From: the human T2T-CHM13v2.0 reference genome, Homo sapiens
DNA length: 64,000 nucleotides
Assembly: GCF_009914755.1 (NCBI RefSeq)
Contig: NC_060929.1
Direction: 5' to 3' (one strand)
A model generated the notes under the pieces. The model was not told the origin of the DNA and did no database searches. It saw only the letters and a program-made list of their open reading frames with translations. Below are positions 1 through 17,108 of the stretch, piece by piece (position 1 is the first letter of the stretch; each line of letters starts with the position of its first letter). A program made the position numbers and the translations under genes.

Positions 1-354
1 ACAAAAATTAAGGTGGATCATAGACTTAGATGTGTGAAGTAAAATAACATTTCTGAAAGAAAATTTAGAAGAATATCTTCCTGACTTATGGAGGCAAATA
101 ATTCTAAAATGGGAAATAAGAAAACATTAACCTAAAAAAAACTAATAAATTGAAGTTCATTAAAATAATGTCTGTTTAGCATAAGACACATTTAAGACAA
201 AGCCACCGGCTGAGAAGATAGCTTCTGCATTTATATTTGTGAAAGTTCTCAGATATCCAGAATATATATAGAACTCCTACAAATCCATAAAAAAAAGACA
301 ACCCAAGTGTTTAAAAAAGTGGTAAAAGACTTAACAGGTACTCCACAAGAAAAG

Positions 355-766
355 CATATTAGGCCATTCTTGCATTGCTATAAAGAAACACCTGAGACTA
401 GGCAATTTATAAAGAAAAGAGGTTTAATCGCCTCACAGTTCTGTAAGCATTCCAGGAAGCATGGTGCCAACATCTGCTAAGCTTCTGGGGAAGCCTCAGG
501 AAGCTTACAGTCATGGCATAAGGCAAAGGGGGCACAGGCATGTCACATAGCAAAAGTAGGAATGAGAGAGAGAGTATGTTTGTGTGTTGGGGGTGTCACA
601 TACTTTTAAATAACCAGATCTCACAAGAACTGACTATCGCAAAGACAGTACCAAGCCATGAGAGATCCATCCCCATGACCCAAAAATCTCCCACCAGGCC
701 CCACCTACAGCATTGGGGATTACAATTCAACATGAGATTTGGGTAGGGACAAATATACAAGCTATG
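355..766 (-). mobile_element. MST (ERVL-MaLR) solo LTR
   Basis: ttcttgcattgctataaagaaacacctgagact...ggggattacaattcaacatgagatttgg. Confidence 0.85.
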
Positions 767-1202
767 TTGAAAAGATATCCAAATGGCTAATAAGCATATG
801 AAAAGGTATTCAATATCATTAGTCATAAGAGAAATACAAATTAAAACCACAATGAAATATACACCTATCAAAATGGCTAAAATTAGAAATGAGAAATTCA
901 AGAGTTGATGAGGTTACAAAAATATTGAAACTCTCATATATTACTGGTAGGAGTAAAGTTGGTTTAATCACTTTGGAAAACTGGTACTATCTACTGAAGC
1001 TAAATATATGCCTACCCAGAGGCTCAGCAAGTCCATTTTCAGGTTAATAACCAAAGAGAAATGAGTGGCTATATCTATCAAAACACATGTACAAGAATTA
1101 TTCATAGTTCAAAACTGGAAAAAACCCAAATATCCATCAACAGAAGAATAAACATAATGTGCTATATTTCATACAATGGACTAATACATGACAATTTTTT
1201 AA

Positions 1203-1537
<335 letters not shown>

Positions 1538-1662
1538 TAAGAATGAATCTCATAGGCATTATGCTGAGCCAAAAAGGTCAGACATGAGCAAATCAGACAT
1601 GGAAGTCTGATGAAGTTCAGCACAGAAAAAACTAATCAAATATGATAGAAGTCAGAAAAGTG

Positions 1663-1663
1663 G

Positions 1664-1722
<59 letters not shown>
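1663..1722. repeat. (TA)n microsatellite, interrupted once
   Basis: Visible dinucleotide run. Confidence 0.95.
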
Positions 1723-1724
<2 letters not shown>

Positions 1725-2249
1725 AGTGGGGGTTGATATAGACTGGGATGGAGTATCATGGAACCTTCTGGGGTGCTGAAGATGTTTTATATCTTGATCT
1801 GGGTAGTGGTTGCAGGGTGCATATAAATGTTCAATATCATCTAACTGTACTTTTTAAGATTATTATACTTTATGCATGTCACTGTATGTGTTACACCACA
1901 CCACAATAAAAAAAGTTTAAAAAGGAAGAAAAGTTTCACAAATCCCATTTACAACTCTACGAATTTTCGCAAATTGAACAGCCCATTTCCTTCTTATCAC
2001 TATCCCTCTAAGTGAAACCACTATCCTGGCTTCTAACACCATAGATTAATTTCTTCTGTTTATGAACTTTATGTAAATGCAACTCAAGAGTATTGTTTGT
2101 TTCTTTTACTCAACCTCATATTTGTGAAATTATTCTGTTATTTGTAATTTAAGCATTCCATTGTATGACTGCTATTATTCCACTGTTGGTAGGCATTTGG
2201 ATCATTTCAAGTTTATGACCTTAACATTTGTAAGGGTCCAGGCTAGCTG

Positions 2250-2560
2250 TCTTTTTTTCTTTTTTTCTTTTTTTTGAGACAGAGTCTCTTGTTGCCCAGG
2301 CTGGAGTTGCAATGGTGCAATCTTGGCTCACCGCAACCTCTGCCTCCTGGATTCAAGTGATTCTCCTGCCTCAGCCTCCTGAGCTGAGGCAGCTGGATAT
2401 TACAGGCACATGCTACCAAACCTGGTTAATTTTGTATTTTTAGTAGAGACGGGGTTTCTCCACGTTGGTCAGGCTGGTCTCGAACTCCTGACCTCAGGTA
2501 ATCAACCCGCCTTGGCCTGCCAAAGTGCTGGGATTATAGGTGTGAGCCACCACACAGGCT
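2250..2560 (-). mobile_element. Alu
   Basis: Reverse-strand Alu consensus. Confidence 0.9.
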
Positions 2561-5500
2561 AGCTTTCTTTAAAAAAAAAAAAAAAAAAAAAAAGTCTAAC
2601 ATTCTGGGTTTGTGATGGTACTATTTGACTTCCTCCTTTATGTCCGTGTCTTTCCTATAAATTGAAATTTGAGTTCAGAGGCTTAACTCAGATTAAACTT
2701 TTTGGCAAAAAGACTACATAAGTAGTGCTGTGTGCTTCATTTTGCCAAATTTCCCTTCACAGGGGTTATACCTGAGAATGATGTTAAGCTTTGAGTTTTA
2801 TGGTGCAGTTCTAATTGACATTTATTTAATTTTAGTGATGTTAAGCAGCCTTTCATATGCTTAAGAGCCATTTCTGTTTAAGGGCTATTTTGTGACCTTC
2901 ATATCATTTGCTCATTTGTTCTATCAGCTTTTGCTTTTTTTCTTCTCTATTTTTCAACTTTTAATATATTATGGAGACTGAAACTTCTAAAAAAAAATGT
3001 ACTTGCTTGTGTAAACCTCAACAATTGTGTTTTCTCTTAGCATTCTCTATGAATTATTCTGGGTTTATAAGAAAAAATGATGACTTTCCCAGGTCCTTTT
3101 TTACTGAAAAGCAGGAATATGTGAGATGTTGTCCTTCACTTTCATCCCCAAATATAGATTACCTTGACAGGTATAATATATACACTTTATGGTCTAAGCA
3201 TGTGTTGCCCTGACCTTTACATATCTATAGTCCTTGGCCAGCTCCATCTCACATTGGCTGCCAGTTCTGGGGCTCACATTCTTCAAGCATGTGCTCCTCC
3301 TCCTCAGAGAGCCTTGCTCCATCTCTCCATATTCATGGATGTCCAAAGAAAACAGTCCATTTTCTGTTGCTTATAACAGAATACCTGAAAACTGTGTAGT
3401 TTACAAAGTAAAGGCATTTATTTCTTACAGTTATGGAGGCTGAGAGTCCAAGGTTGAGGAGCCTCATCTGGTGAGAGCCTTCTTGCTGGTGGGGACTCTC
3501 TGCAGAGTCCCTGAGGAGGCACAGAACATCACATGGCAAGGGGGCTGAGCATGCTAGCTCAGGTCTGTTTTCCTCTTCTTATGAAGCCATCCATTAGTTT
3601 ATTAACCCACTAATCTATTAATTCATTAATTCATGAGTAGATTAATCCATTGGTATATATATGAATATATATACATGAAAGAGACCCCAACTGACTCCCA
3701 GCAGGGTCCCTGGGCCATGGGGCCTTCACATTCAGGTTTTGGTTTGTGTGTGTATCTTGACACTCAACACCCTGTCCCGCCCAATCACATGAGGTGATTC
3801 TAGTGTTTGTTCCTTGCAACTAGTGATTTTAATGAACATTCCAAGGGGGACCCAGAATTGAAACCCAAGCCTTCTCTCTCTGAGGCCAGTGCTCTTTCCA
3901 CCATTTCAGGGCAAGGGACATTGTCTTTGTGCAGATTTTGATGGCGGTCCACGTGGAAAAAAGGGCACATATTACATGTATTTTATGACAATGAAAAACA
4001 TGTAATTGTAAATGTGAGTGGGCAGAGACAGCCAGCAAGGGAAACCAAATCCCCTCTCAATTCAATGGAGACCAGTAGGAGGGTCTCAAGAAACTGAAAA
4101 GAGGCCCTGATTACAGTGCCTGTGTGTACAAGGCATCCGCCTTCTCTGCTCTCTCTCTACCCAAATCCAGGGGAGTCTCGGCTGCCCTCCCACCACCTCC
4201 ACCTGCCAGTGCTTGCCCGCGGGGCTACAGAGGAAGACAGCAGCCACGCCTGCATATGGGCTTCTGCACTGCTAGCCTCAAGGCTGCCAGAGTGCAAAGA
4301 ATGCCAGGATAATGGCTTTATCCACGTGTGGCCTTTTGACACATAAGCTAATGACTATATTCCAGGTACAAATAGTTCTTTCCCACGAGCTGTTTCTGCA
4401 GGTCTCCAAACAGACAATTACCCGGTTCCACTTAACAGAGTGACTCAAGGACGGATCTGAGGGCTGGGTCTTGTGAACGCGGGCTGTTGTCCTGCCCTCT
4501 CCCAGCTCTAACATTGTGCTGAAAAGTTAAAATACAAAACGCCAAAGCTCCCCAATCCCATCCCACGCCCCTGCCTGCGCAGCCTTTCATGCATTGAATG
4601 GGCAGCTTCATGATGCTGCTGCGACAATAGCGACAATAGCGGGGGCAGAGGAGTTTGCTCACCCTCTTGCTTCTCTGAAAAGATGCCTCTGCCTGACAGT
4701 TACCTACCCTGGGGGTCACCTTTTGAAACCGACTGAAAAGAGCTTATCTTATAATCAACATTTCCCAGAAATCACTCACAAGCCACAGGCTATGAAAAGA
4801 AACAGATTTTGAGAAACTGCATTCAATGGACATCATTGTTCAAAGTTTGCCGAGCTGAAGGCCGGCTGTTGGAATATTTTCATATTTGATGTTCCAGAAG
4901 GATGCTTTTTAAAGCTGCAAATACCTGCAAGCACTGATAAAAAAGCAAGAGTGGGATGTCCTATTTGAGCTGGAATTTCAGGAGCATAGGGAAGATAATC
5001 TTCAAAGTTCGAGTTCACTTTTCATTTTTGATCTAAGCTTGAAAAATCACTGAACTATGGGGAAGGAGGTGACAATTAAGACCCAACCACAAATCAACAA
5101 CCTGCGGAATGTGGTTGTTATTTTGCTTAGACTGAACCACAAACTCTTAAGCATACTGATAGATCAACAAATGTGACTTCAGTACTTAAAGAGAATGTTG
5201 CCTTCTTCCCAAGACACTTTCTGATGTGAAAATGGAATAACTCCAAGGAGGCATATAGCACAATTGCATTTTGTCACTTTGATTGCTGTGATGGTTAGTT
5301 TTCTCTGCTGACTTGGCCAGGCTTTAGTACTCAGTGATGTAAACAATCATGAATCTAGGTGTTGCTATGAAAGTATTTTGTAGATATAGTTAACACCTGT
5401 GTAGGTATGGAAAGGGATGATACCTTTTCCTAACCATTATAAGAGTCACGGTTGACATTTCTGTAATAAAAGCCAAGTTAACAAGAGAAAAGCATAACAA

Positions 5501-5922
5501 ACATATTGAATCCTAGTTTTATGCAACACAGGAGCCTTCAGAATGAAGACTGAAAGACCCCAGAAAAACTGTCTATTTTTATGCTTAGATTCGATGAAGA
5601 ATGGGTGGCCATGTGGAACTGTGATTGAACAAAAGGGTGTGACTTAATGGCACCAGAGAGGGGGCAACCCAGCAAGATTCGTCTGTGCAGATTCTTCTTG
5701 GCCCCTCTGCAGCACTCATTCCTCCAGGGTACAGGGCAGGACCTTTCCTAGAATGGGAGGCTTATGACCTACAATCAAACAAGGTAGGTCAGAGAATTTA
5801 TGGCCCATTTTTATACAGAAATGGGGGAAGGTTAGACTAATATGTTTAGTTTTTATGGCTAGCTTTGGGGAAAATAGGTTCTGGTTAAAATAAATCTTTA
5901 TATATTCTATTGGTTCTATTCT

Positions 5923-5924
<2 letters not shown>

Positions 5925-5982
<58 letters not shown>
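5925..5982. repeat. (AT)n microsatellite
   Basis: Uninterrupted run of about 29 units. Confidence 0.95.
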
Positions 5983-5984
<2 letters not shown>

Positions 5985-6064
5985 TATTGGTTCTGTTTCT
6001 GTGGAAAACTCTGAGCAATATGATTAAGTACCAGAGTAAAAGTGATTTTTTTTTTTTTTTTTGA

Positions 6065-6256
<192 letters not shown>

Positions 6257-6721
6257 TAAGCATGTCTTCTGCTCCTCTCTGAGTTCATATTAAGCAAATT
6301 GATAACATTCTTAATTTCAACCAGAATGCCACAAAGTCCTGCAGAGCTAGGAAGTGAGAAAAATGTTTGAGTTGTCACACAGCCCGAGGGTGAGCATGGG
6401 AGAACACTGGGTGGTGAAGCCCAGCAGGGAACATTCACCAAAGAAGGCCACATGGTTCATATTTCCCTCTCCCTTACATCCGGGAACAAAGATCTTCCAG
6501 CGTTGAGTTTTGAGGACAGAATGTGGAGAAGTCTATGTTACTAATGGCCTGTTAGGCAAGGACAGGCTTCCTAGTCTAGATGGAAAGGATAAATGAGAAT
6601 AGCATATCCCACAACAGAACACTTTTTACCAAATATAATGACATAGGCAATGAAAATATAGGTAATATAGAACTAAAACCCAAGCCCAATGTGTAATGTA
6701 GGAAAAGGGTCTATATGATAA

Positions 6722-7055
<334 letters not shown>

Positions 7056-8376
7056 TTTCATTGCATTTTTACAAGGGAGATAATGCAACATCTGTCTCTG
7101 CTCATAAATGAGTCACTTTCCTAAAATATGGAATTCTTTTCTAAGGAGAGCTGAACTCTGCTTTTATTTCTCACAACCATTAAAGAATAATTAGCATTAA
7201 CTCCTTTGAGTCTTCTGGTTTTAAACACCTCAAGGACCCTCACTACAAGCAAGATGCATTTCCAAACCCTCCACCCAAATCTCTTAATTCCAAAACAAAG
7301 ATCCAAAAAATTGAAAAATGTGGGGAAGCGAGAGTCAAGTTGTAAGCCTGGTATGTCTTTTTCCTTTTATAGGTATGGCAGAGCCTGGCTAGTTGTTCAC
7401 CAAGCCTGTGTCGCCTTCCTCCTGGTTCAGAGCTAGACTACATTTCCCAGTCTCCTTGCAGTTGGTATGGTTACGTGATGAAGTTTTGGCCAGAAGAATG
7501 TGGGTAAAAGTAGTATGTGCAACTTCCCAGCCCGCCCTCCTCGCCAAACCTCCCACATGTGGTCCTCCATGCACTTTCCTCTTTGGCAACAACCTTGGAA
7601 ATCCCTTCTTGAAGATACAAGCCACAAGATGGAAGGAGCCTGGATCCCTAAGTCACTACCTGGAGGGCTGCCTGTGGATCAGAAACACCTGTGGTAAGCT
7701 GGGCATGGTGGCTGCTTGGGAGGCTGAGGTAAGAGGATTGCTTGAGGCCAGGAGTTTGAGACCAGCCTGGGCAACAAAGTAAGACAAAAAGAAAAAACAA
7801 AACAAAAAGAAAAAAAACACCCATGTTGGACTTCAGGTGCATAAGAAGTAAACTTCCCTTGTGCTAAGTCATTGCAATTTGGGGTTTTATCTGCCAAGGC
7901 AGCTAGCGAGTCCTTTACTGACACAGTGGGTGAACAGCATTGCTTTTCACTTTTAAGGTAAGACAGGGAAAGTGAACAAATTTGTTTAATCAATTGGGAA
8001 TGTAATTTATAGCAATGTGGCTAATATAATGAAATGCCAGATAAATTCCAAATGTGGATGTCACATAGAATTTATCATCATGAATTTGAATATGTGGTAG
8101 CAGTTAAATATGATATTTCAATCCTAGATTGGTCACAGGATTTTTTCCCCCAGGCACTGTGCTAGCATGTCACGAGACTGTGTGTCTGTGTGTCACATGG
8201 TCTGAAATTTTTTATTACAGGAAGAGACTGGAATCTGTAGTAACCTGGGAGGAAAGCAGATAGCAGGATGGCTGGGGAGGAAGCTGAAGATTTCCTTTCT
8301 AGGTATTTTGCCCATACTTTGGGCACATGGCCACCAGGTACACAGTAAGTAAGAAATAAGTTAGCATGGTTTTCTA

Positions 8377-8733
<357 letters not shown>

Positions 8734-9523
8734 ACTATGGATTGTTTCCTCCTCAGGATTTTTTTTAAAAAACAAATAGTTCATTTGTAAATTGGTTAAG
8801 ACTTGAAGCCAATTCTCCTAATGAATCAATGTTATACAGGTTATGAGATTCCAAAGACAATACGCAAAATTACATTTAACCCATATTGCAATATATATAT
8901 CAATATCTGTCTACCTAATCTCCAACATTTTTGAATTCTAGACATCTTGCAGGAAGACAAAAGTAAATAAGATGTGGTTTCTGCCCTGAAATAGCTGGCC
9001 ATATGACAGGGTAGATAAAAGTAAACATGGTTAATTGTATTCTCTCCATTCTCCATTTTTTTTCTTGCCAAGAGACCCTCATTTTGTTTGTTGGGGAGCA
9101 ATATGCCAGACCCAGATGATGAATCAAGGTTGGTTTTAAGCCAGTGCTCCTAAATTCTGATGTGCATAAATTAGAATTAGACTCTCTGGGGGTGAAGCCA
9201 GACGTTGAAGAATCCCTCTGGTTCTGTGTGCAGCCAGGGTTAAGAACCACTGATGTGAATGAGTCAGTGACTACAATCCTTGTTCCACATTCTTAGCCTG
9301 CCTTGCAGCGAGGAGTGGCCACGTGCCCCAGTTCTAGCCGCTGAAATATAAGGGGAGAGTTTGCTTGGGGAAGGAGGATTTGAGGCAAGTTTTGCTTTCT
9401 AGACAAAAAGGAAATATGTGCCTGACACTATATTTCTTCTTCCTACTGTGAACATGGGCCTGCTCTCTGGAGCAGTAGCAGCCATCTTGCAATGCCAAGT
9501 TTGGTTTGATTTTTTGAGGGCAA

Positions 9524-9551
9524 ATCAATCAATCAATCAATCAATCAATCA
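9524..9551. repeat. (AATC)n tetranucleotide repeat
   Basis: Seven units visible. Confidence 0.9.
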
Positions 9552-10078
9552 GAGTCAGCAAAATCCCAATTTGTTTTAGTTACTGTAAGTTAGATTTTCT
9601 AGCACTCGCAGCTGAAAACATTCCTCATTGATAAAGGAGAGGAGATGAGAATAACAAACAGCTGTAAGGAAAAACAGTATTTAAGGGCTGAAATAGGTAG
9701 TGCTGCATGGTTCAGAAGAGGGTGAGAAGGCAGGCTTCATGACAGGTTCAATTTGGGATTTGGGTTGGGCTTTGAGGAACAGGTAGGATTTGCATTGGAG
9801 GATGTGAGGAGGGAGGAATTATAGGCAGAGAGAGTGGCATAAAGAAGAGCATGGGAGTGGCAAAGCTGGGGTCTGTCTGGGGATTTGTGAAGAGCCGAGG
9901 TAGCTTGTGTACAACATGTAGGGAGTGAAAATGGTAGATGGTAAATCTGGAGAGTTTGGTTAATGCCACTGTAGAGGGCCTTAAAGACCAAAGTGGGGTT
10001 TCGCCTTAGCCGGGGGAGCATTAAGGAGGCAAGAAAGAAAGTGATATAATCAGAGATGCTGTTCAGAAAGATTGTCTT

Positions 10079-10406
<328 letters not shown>

Positions 10407-10571
10407 TTATGAGAGACTGTTGGAGACGGAGATCAGAGATTGAGAAACTATCAGTTTAGTTTTCTCCAGCCGTCTAAGTAAGAGACAAAAAGACATGAAC
10501 TAGATGCGGTTATGAAAGAGAACAGATTGAAAGGCACAGCAAAGGTGGAGTACTTGGTGGAGGTGGGGCCT

Positions 10572-11274
<703 letters not shown>

Positions 11275-13169
11275 GGCCTAATAACAACTCACCCACCCTT
11301 GCTAAGGGCTTGTCCTGGGTTTTAGAATCTGGAGATGAAGTTTCTTCATGGCTTTCCCTCTGCCTGGAATATGTATTTGTTCTTGTCCTGACCCTTAGTC
11401 ATTGCTTTTCTAGCCTCTTCAAGGCCAGTCTTGAGTCCCACCTTAAAATCAAGAGAAGAATGGATAAACTGGCACATCTGTACAATGGAATATTACCGTT
11501 AGAATAAGAGAAAATGGGGACCAGGACTGTAAATCTCTTCAGCAGACAAAGCCAGTTAAGCCTTGGACACAAACTTGACCTTGATAAGCTAAACTTAACT
11601 TGGACTATTTTTTTTTTTTTGTAAATACCTGCATTAAAGCAAAATGAAGTTTAAGTTCAATCAGTAGCCACCAACTGACTTATATAACAAGGGACTTGGC
11701 GGGGGGGAGACCAAATAAGGCAACTACACAGTCATAACCAAGCCATTATTTTCTTTGCCTTGCTTCCAAGTTACAAAAGCCTTTTCCTTGCATTCTCTTG
11801 GTAGAGCCCTGAACCACTCTTGGTTTGGAGCTGCCCAATTTGTGAATTGCTGTTTGCTCAAACCCTTTAAAACATTTAATAGGACTTGACTTATCTTTTA
11901 ACACTACGTAGTAATAAAAAGGAACAAACCACTGATACATGGAACAACTTGGGTGAAACTCAAATCATGCTGCAATAAGCCAGATCAAAAGAGTGCATCC
12001 TATATGATTCTATTCATATGAAGTTCAGAAACAGGAAAAACTAATCTATAATGAGAAAAAAAAAATAGTGGTTACCTCTGGGGGTTGGGGTTGAGGACTG
12101 ACTGGAAAGGGGTAAGAGGGAGTTTTCTAGGGTGATAAGAGATTGGGTTATAGAAAGGTATATGCCATTATCAAAACCTGTAGGATGTTATCCTTAAGAT
12201 CTGCATTTCATTATGTAAATTTTACCAAAAAAGTGAACTATAGTTAATAGGCAAGCTGAAGAATGTAGGCATGAAGAATAGTGATATCTGTAACTTTAAA
12301 ATGCGTCAAAATATAGGATGGATAGATGGATGGCTCCATATGTGATAAAGCAGAGATAGCAGTGTTAATGATAGGATCTAGGTGATAGGTAAATGGGTGC
12401 TTACTGTACAATTCTGTCAACCTTTCCGTGTGCTTGAATTAGTCATTATAAAATGTTGAGGGGTATGGCATGGTGGGGGAGGGGGAGGAATCCCTAGTCT
12501 AAGTTTTGCCAATTCACATATCAAAAGTAAAGACAACTGGCAGTGAGAAGTCAACCTGTGGACAGTGAATCAGGTCAACTAGAAGCCTCCTAACTCCTTG
12601 TCTCTGGCCTTTTGGAGGGGAACATGACTAGGCACTGAAAAAGAGGCAGTCTAATTCAGGATCCCTTTCCCTAATTACTTTAGCTGGTAGGTGCTGAAAA
12701 AAATCTCTCTTCCCCCCAGGTTTTCCTGACCTCCAGCACCATGAAGTCTTTTCCTCCTTGCAGACAAAACTCTATCCCTTTAGGCTTTGTCTTGTGTTTG
12801 TCTTTGTTAGGGCTCCTAGGCAAAGTAGAGACCATCTAATTTTTTCTTCTGATTAGATTTCACATTTGATTATCTACTACAAAGCTATTTGAAATATCAC
12901 ACACCAATGTGTTTTGTCTTTTTTTTTTTTTTTAAGAAAAAGTTTCAACAGAAATGTCACTGTATTTACAGAGTAACTTCCTGGTACACATGAGGTCAGC
13001 TGGGGAACAGAAAGGACAGGAGCAGATGATTAGAAACGGTCATTAAAGTAATTCCCCCGGGTAACAGGAACAGCACTTCATGTGGTTTATAGGCCTTCTT
13101 TCTTCTGTTTGGCCAGGGGCTTTATTCCCCTTTATCCCTGTGATGGCGGGGGCCTGTAATAATATCTTG

Positions 13170-13975
<806 letters not shown>

Positions 13976-15136
13976 AGTATTCTCCTTATAGAGTCTCTAA
14001 TTCTATTCCCATTAGTCATTTAATCATGCACTTCTTTTCTTTCTCCCCGCTGGAACATTTTTAATTACAAGGTTCAATCTTTCATAGATAACTGTTTGTC
14101 TGAATCCTTTCAACGGCTGGCCAGCCAATCTTTTCCTCACAGTCATGTTGCCTAATTAGGCCATTAACTTTACAGTTTTTAGTTTACTACCTGTGTAAGA
14201 AAAGCATCTTGCTAAGGGAAATCTAGTTTGTTTACTCGTTCTCTTGGAGTTACTGATATTAAATAGTTTTATATGTATTTGCATTACACATTTAAGAACG
14301 TCTTGTTCTTAAAACAGATCAGCAACAAGGAAATCTTTTTGTGACAGGGTTTTGGTCTGTCACCCAGGCTGCTGGAGTGATGACACGATTTTGGTTTACT
14401 GCAGCCTCCACCTCCTGGGCTCAAGTGATCCTCCTACCTCAGCCTCCCAAGTAGCTGGGCCTACAGGCACACACCACCATACGCAGCTAATTTTTTTGGT
14501 ATTTTTTGTAGAGACGTGGTTTTGCCATGTTCCCAGGCTAAGGAAATCTAATCTTTACAACTTTGCCTTCTGAAATCTTACATATACTAACTTATAATTT
14601 GCTTTCCTGTTTTGCTTCACTGAGATGTTCTAGAGACGGGAATTAAAACTTGTTTTTTTCTTCCTTAGAGTGCAAAAGCAGTGCCTTACAAACTTAAGCA
14701 GGCTTCAGATTATCTGAGATGTTTAAAAGGCAGATTCTGGGACCCATCCCTGATTCAGGAATAGCAGGTACAACATTTTCAGAAACATTGCCTTTAAGGA
14801 AGCGGGTATGTCACACACAATTTTAATCTCACAGAAACATAAAATGTGCTAACCTGAATATTTAAAACATATGTTTTATTATTTACATGTTTGCCCCAAG
14901 TTATCACCTTACAGTGCTGTTCCATAAGCCAATCTGGAAAAAGTGAGACTTGATTTTGATTGTTTCCTAACAAACAACTGATCTTTGTTTTGTGTGACTC
15001 TTGGCTAATTCTATGTTTTCCTTTCTCTATTTTTAAGCTGACCATGGAGATATATTGCCATCAAAGTTTCTTTGAAATTTTGTGTGGGGTGTACAAAGAA
15101 CAACAGGAGGCCAGCACTTATTAACAAGTGTAACTC

Positions 15137-15142
15137 TTTATT
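15137..15142 (-). terminator. Distal polyadenylation signal AATAAA of DHFR
   Basis: tttatt on the plus strand; position fits the long DHFR mRNA. Confidence 0.7.
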
Positions 15143-16248
15143 AAGATGGAATTGTTCTTATTAAAGAAATAGATGAAAATGGTTAAGTACAATTAAATGG
15201 CTCCAAAAGTCTTACAATGAAAACAACAGTCCTGCCAGTTGTTCTTTCCAGAGGCAAATACTTTTCATTCTCTTAGTTTTTCCTTCCGTTAGTTACCTTC
15301 ATGGGTTTTTCCAAATTATTGTTTTTTTTTAGTTTTTCAAGTGAATGCATATATTAATACATAAAATTTTAAAAAGGCTTTTCAGTTTATAATGCATCCT
15401 AACAGTCCCCTGCCCCATCCCTCCTAATTCTCCAGAGCAATGACTTTTAACTCTTTTAGCAATGTCTTCTGTTTTTTTCCTCACATAACTTAGTCATTTC
15501 ATTATTATATATTATATAGTGATTTCTGGATATGACAGATGAGGATTTAGCTCTTACACCATCACAATCTTCACTTTTCCTCCCATATTGTCCCAGAGTA
15601 GTTACCATATTTAGGGGCTAAGCAGTCACATCATTATGACTGTGTACATACTGCTCCTTGTTGAGAAAAACAGTGTATTATGCTCTTCCTATCCTGTACT
15701 TCTTTCTGCCCTAGAATGATTGCCTAACCAACCCTTTCCCCTTGTTTTTTTTTTTTTTTTTTTACTTTTGCTTTATCTTCAATGAACTTCTTTCCAAATG
15801 CCCCAAATCTGGCAATAAGTTATTATTTTTAAGAGAAGGGATCTCACTAAGGTGGCCAGGCTGGTCTGGAACTCTTGGGCTCAAGTCGTCCTGCTGCTGA
15901 GCCTCCTGAGTAGCTGGGACTACAGGCATGGGCCATTCCACCCAGCTAACCGATTAATATTTTTACTGTTCCTTTTTAAAGCTAGCTCCATAGCTGGAAT
16001 ATTGCCTGTGTTGGATCCTATTTGCTGGATTCATGTCATTCTCTGGTTTGTGTACTCCTTCATTTTGCTGGAGTATTTTCTCCAACAGCTTCCCTAAAAA
16101 GGGCACATGGAGGTAACCCCTGAGTCTTTGCTTGTCTAAAAATGTATTATTTTACCTTCACCCTTGATTATTTGGGTGAATATAGATTTATCAGTTGAAA
16201 ATAACTTTCTAGAATTATGAAGGCATGGTTCCATTGTTTTCAGATTCC

Positions 16249-16519
16249 TTTTCGAGACAAGGTCTCTTCTGTCACCCCGGCTGGAGTGCAGTGGCACAAT
16301 CACGACTCACTGCAGCCTTGAACTCGTGGGCTCAATTAATTCTTCCATCTCAGCTTCCTGACTAGATGGGAATACAGGTGTGCGCCACAATGCCCAGCTA
16401 ATTTTTGTGTTTTTTGTAGAGATGGGGCTTTGCCATGTTGCCCAAGCTGGTCTCAAGTGATCTGCCTGCCTTAGCCTCCCAAAGCGCTGGGATTACAGGT
16501 GTGAGCCACTGTGCCTGGC
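16249..16519 (-). mobile_element. Alu in DHFR 3'UTR
   Basis: Reverse-strand Alu consensus. Confidence 0.9.
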
Positions 16520-16811
16520 TGGTTTTTCTTTTATTTTCTCTCTACTTCATTCATTTCTCAAAGGCATCTGAAACTCCCTGGGCCCAAAACCAAAGTCAAA
16601 CTCCATCAGAATATCCTGCTACTTATAACTTTAAAATATATCTTAAATCACAATTTCTTACTACATGCAACCCTTTGGTTCAAGCAACCATCATCCCTCA
16701 CTTGAACTTATAATTGGTTTTCCTGCTTCTGTATTTTTTTAAATTATAAAATACTTCAAATAAACCATGTGTGGCCTTATACTTTTTACTACATAAAAAG
16801 AATGAAGATGT

Positions 16812-17108
16812 GCCGGGTGTGGTGGCTCAAGCCGGTAATCCCAGCACTTTGGGAGGCTGAGGTGGGTGAATCGCTTGCGGTCACGAGTTCGAGACTAGCC
16901 TGACCAACATGGTGAAACCCCATCTCTACTAAAAATACAAAATACAAAAATTAGCCGGGCGTGGTGGCGCGCACCTGGTCCTAGCTACTTGGGAGCCTGA
17001 GGCAGGAGAATCGCTTGAATCTGGGAAGGCGGAGGTTGCAGTAAGCCGAGGTCACACCATTGCATGCTAGCCTGGGCAACAAGAGCGAAACGCTGTCTAA
17101 AAAAAAAA
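16812..17108 (+). mobile_element. Alu in DHFR 3'UTR
   Basis: Forward Alu consensus with poly-A. Confidence 0.9.

Noticed and set aside
5651-5670. CTCF-like motif ccagagagggggcaa (and similar near 4640 and 55605)
   Set aside because: Partial matches expected by chance; would need ChIP evidence.
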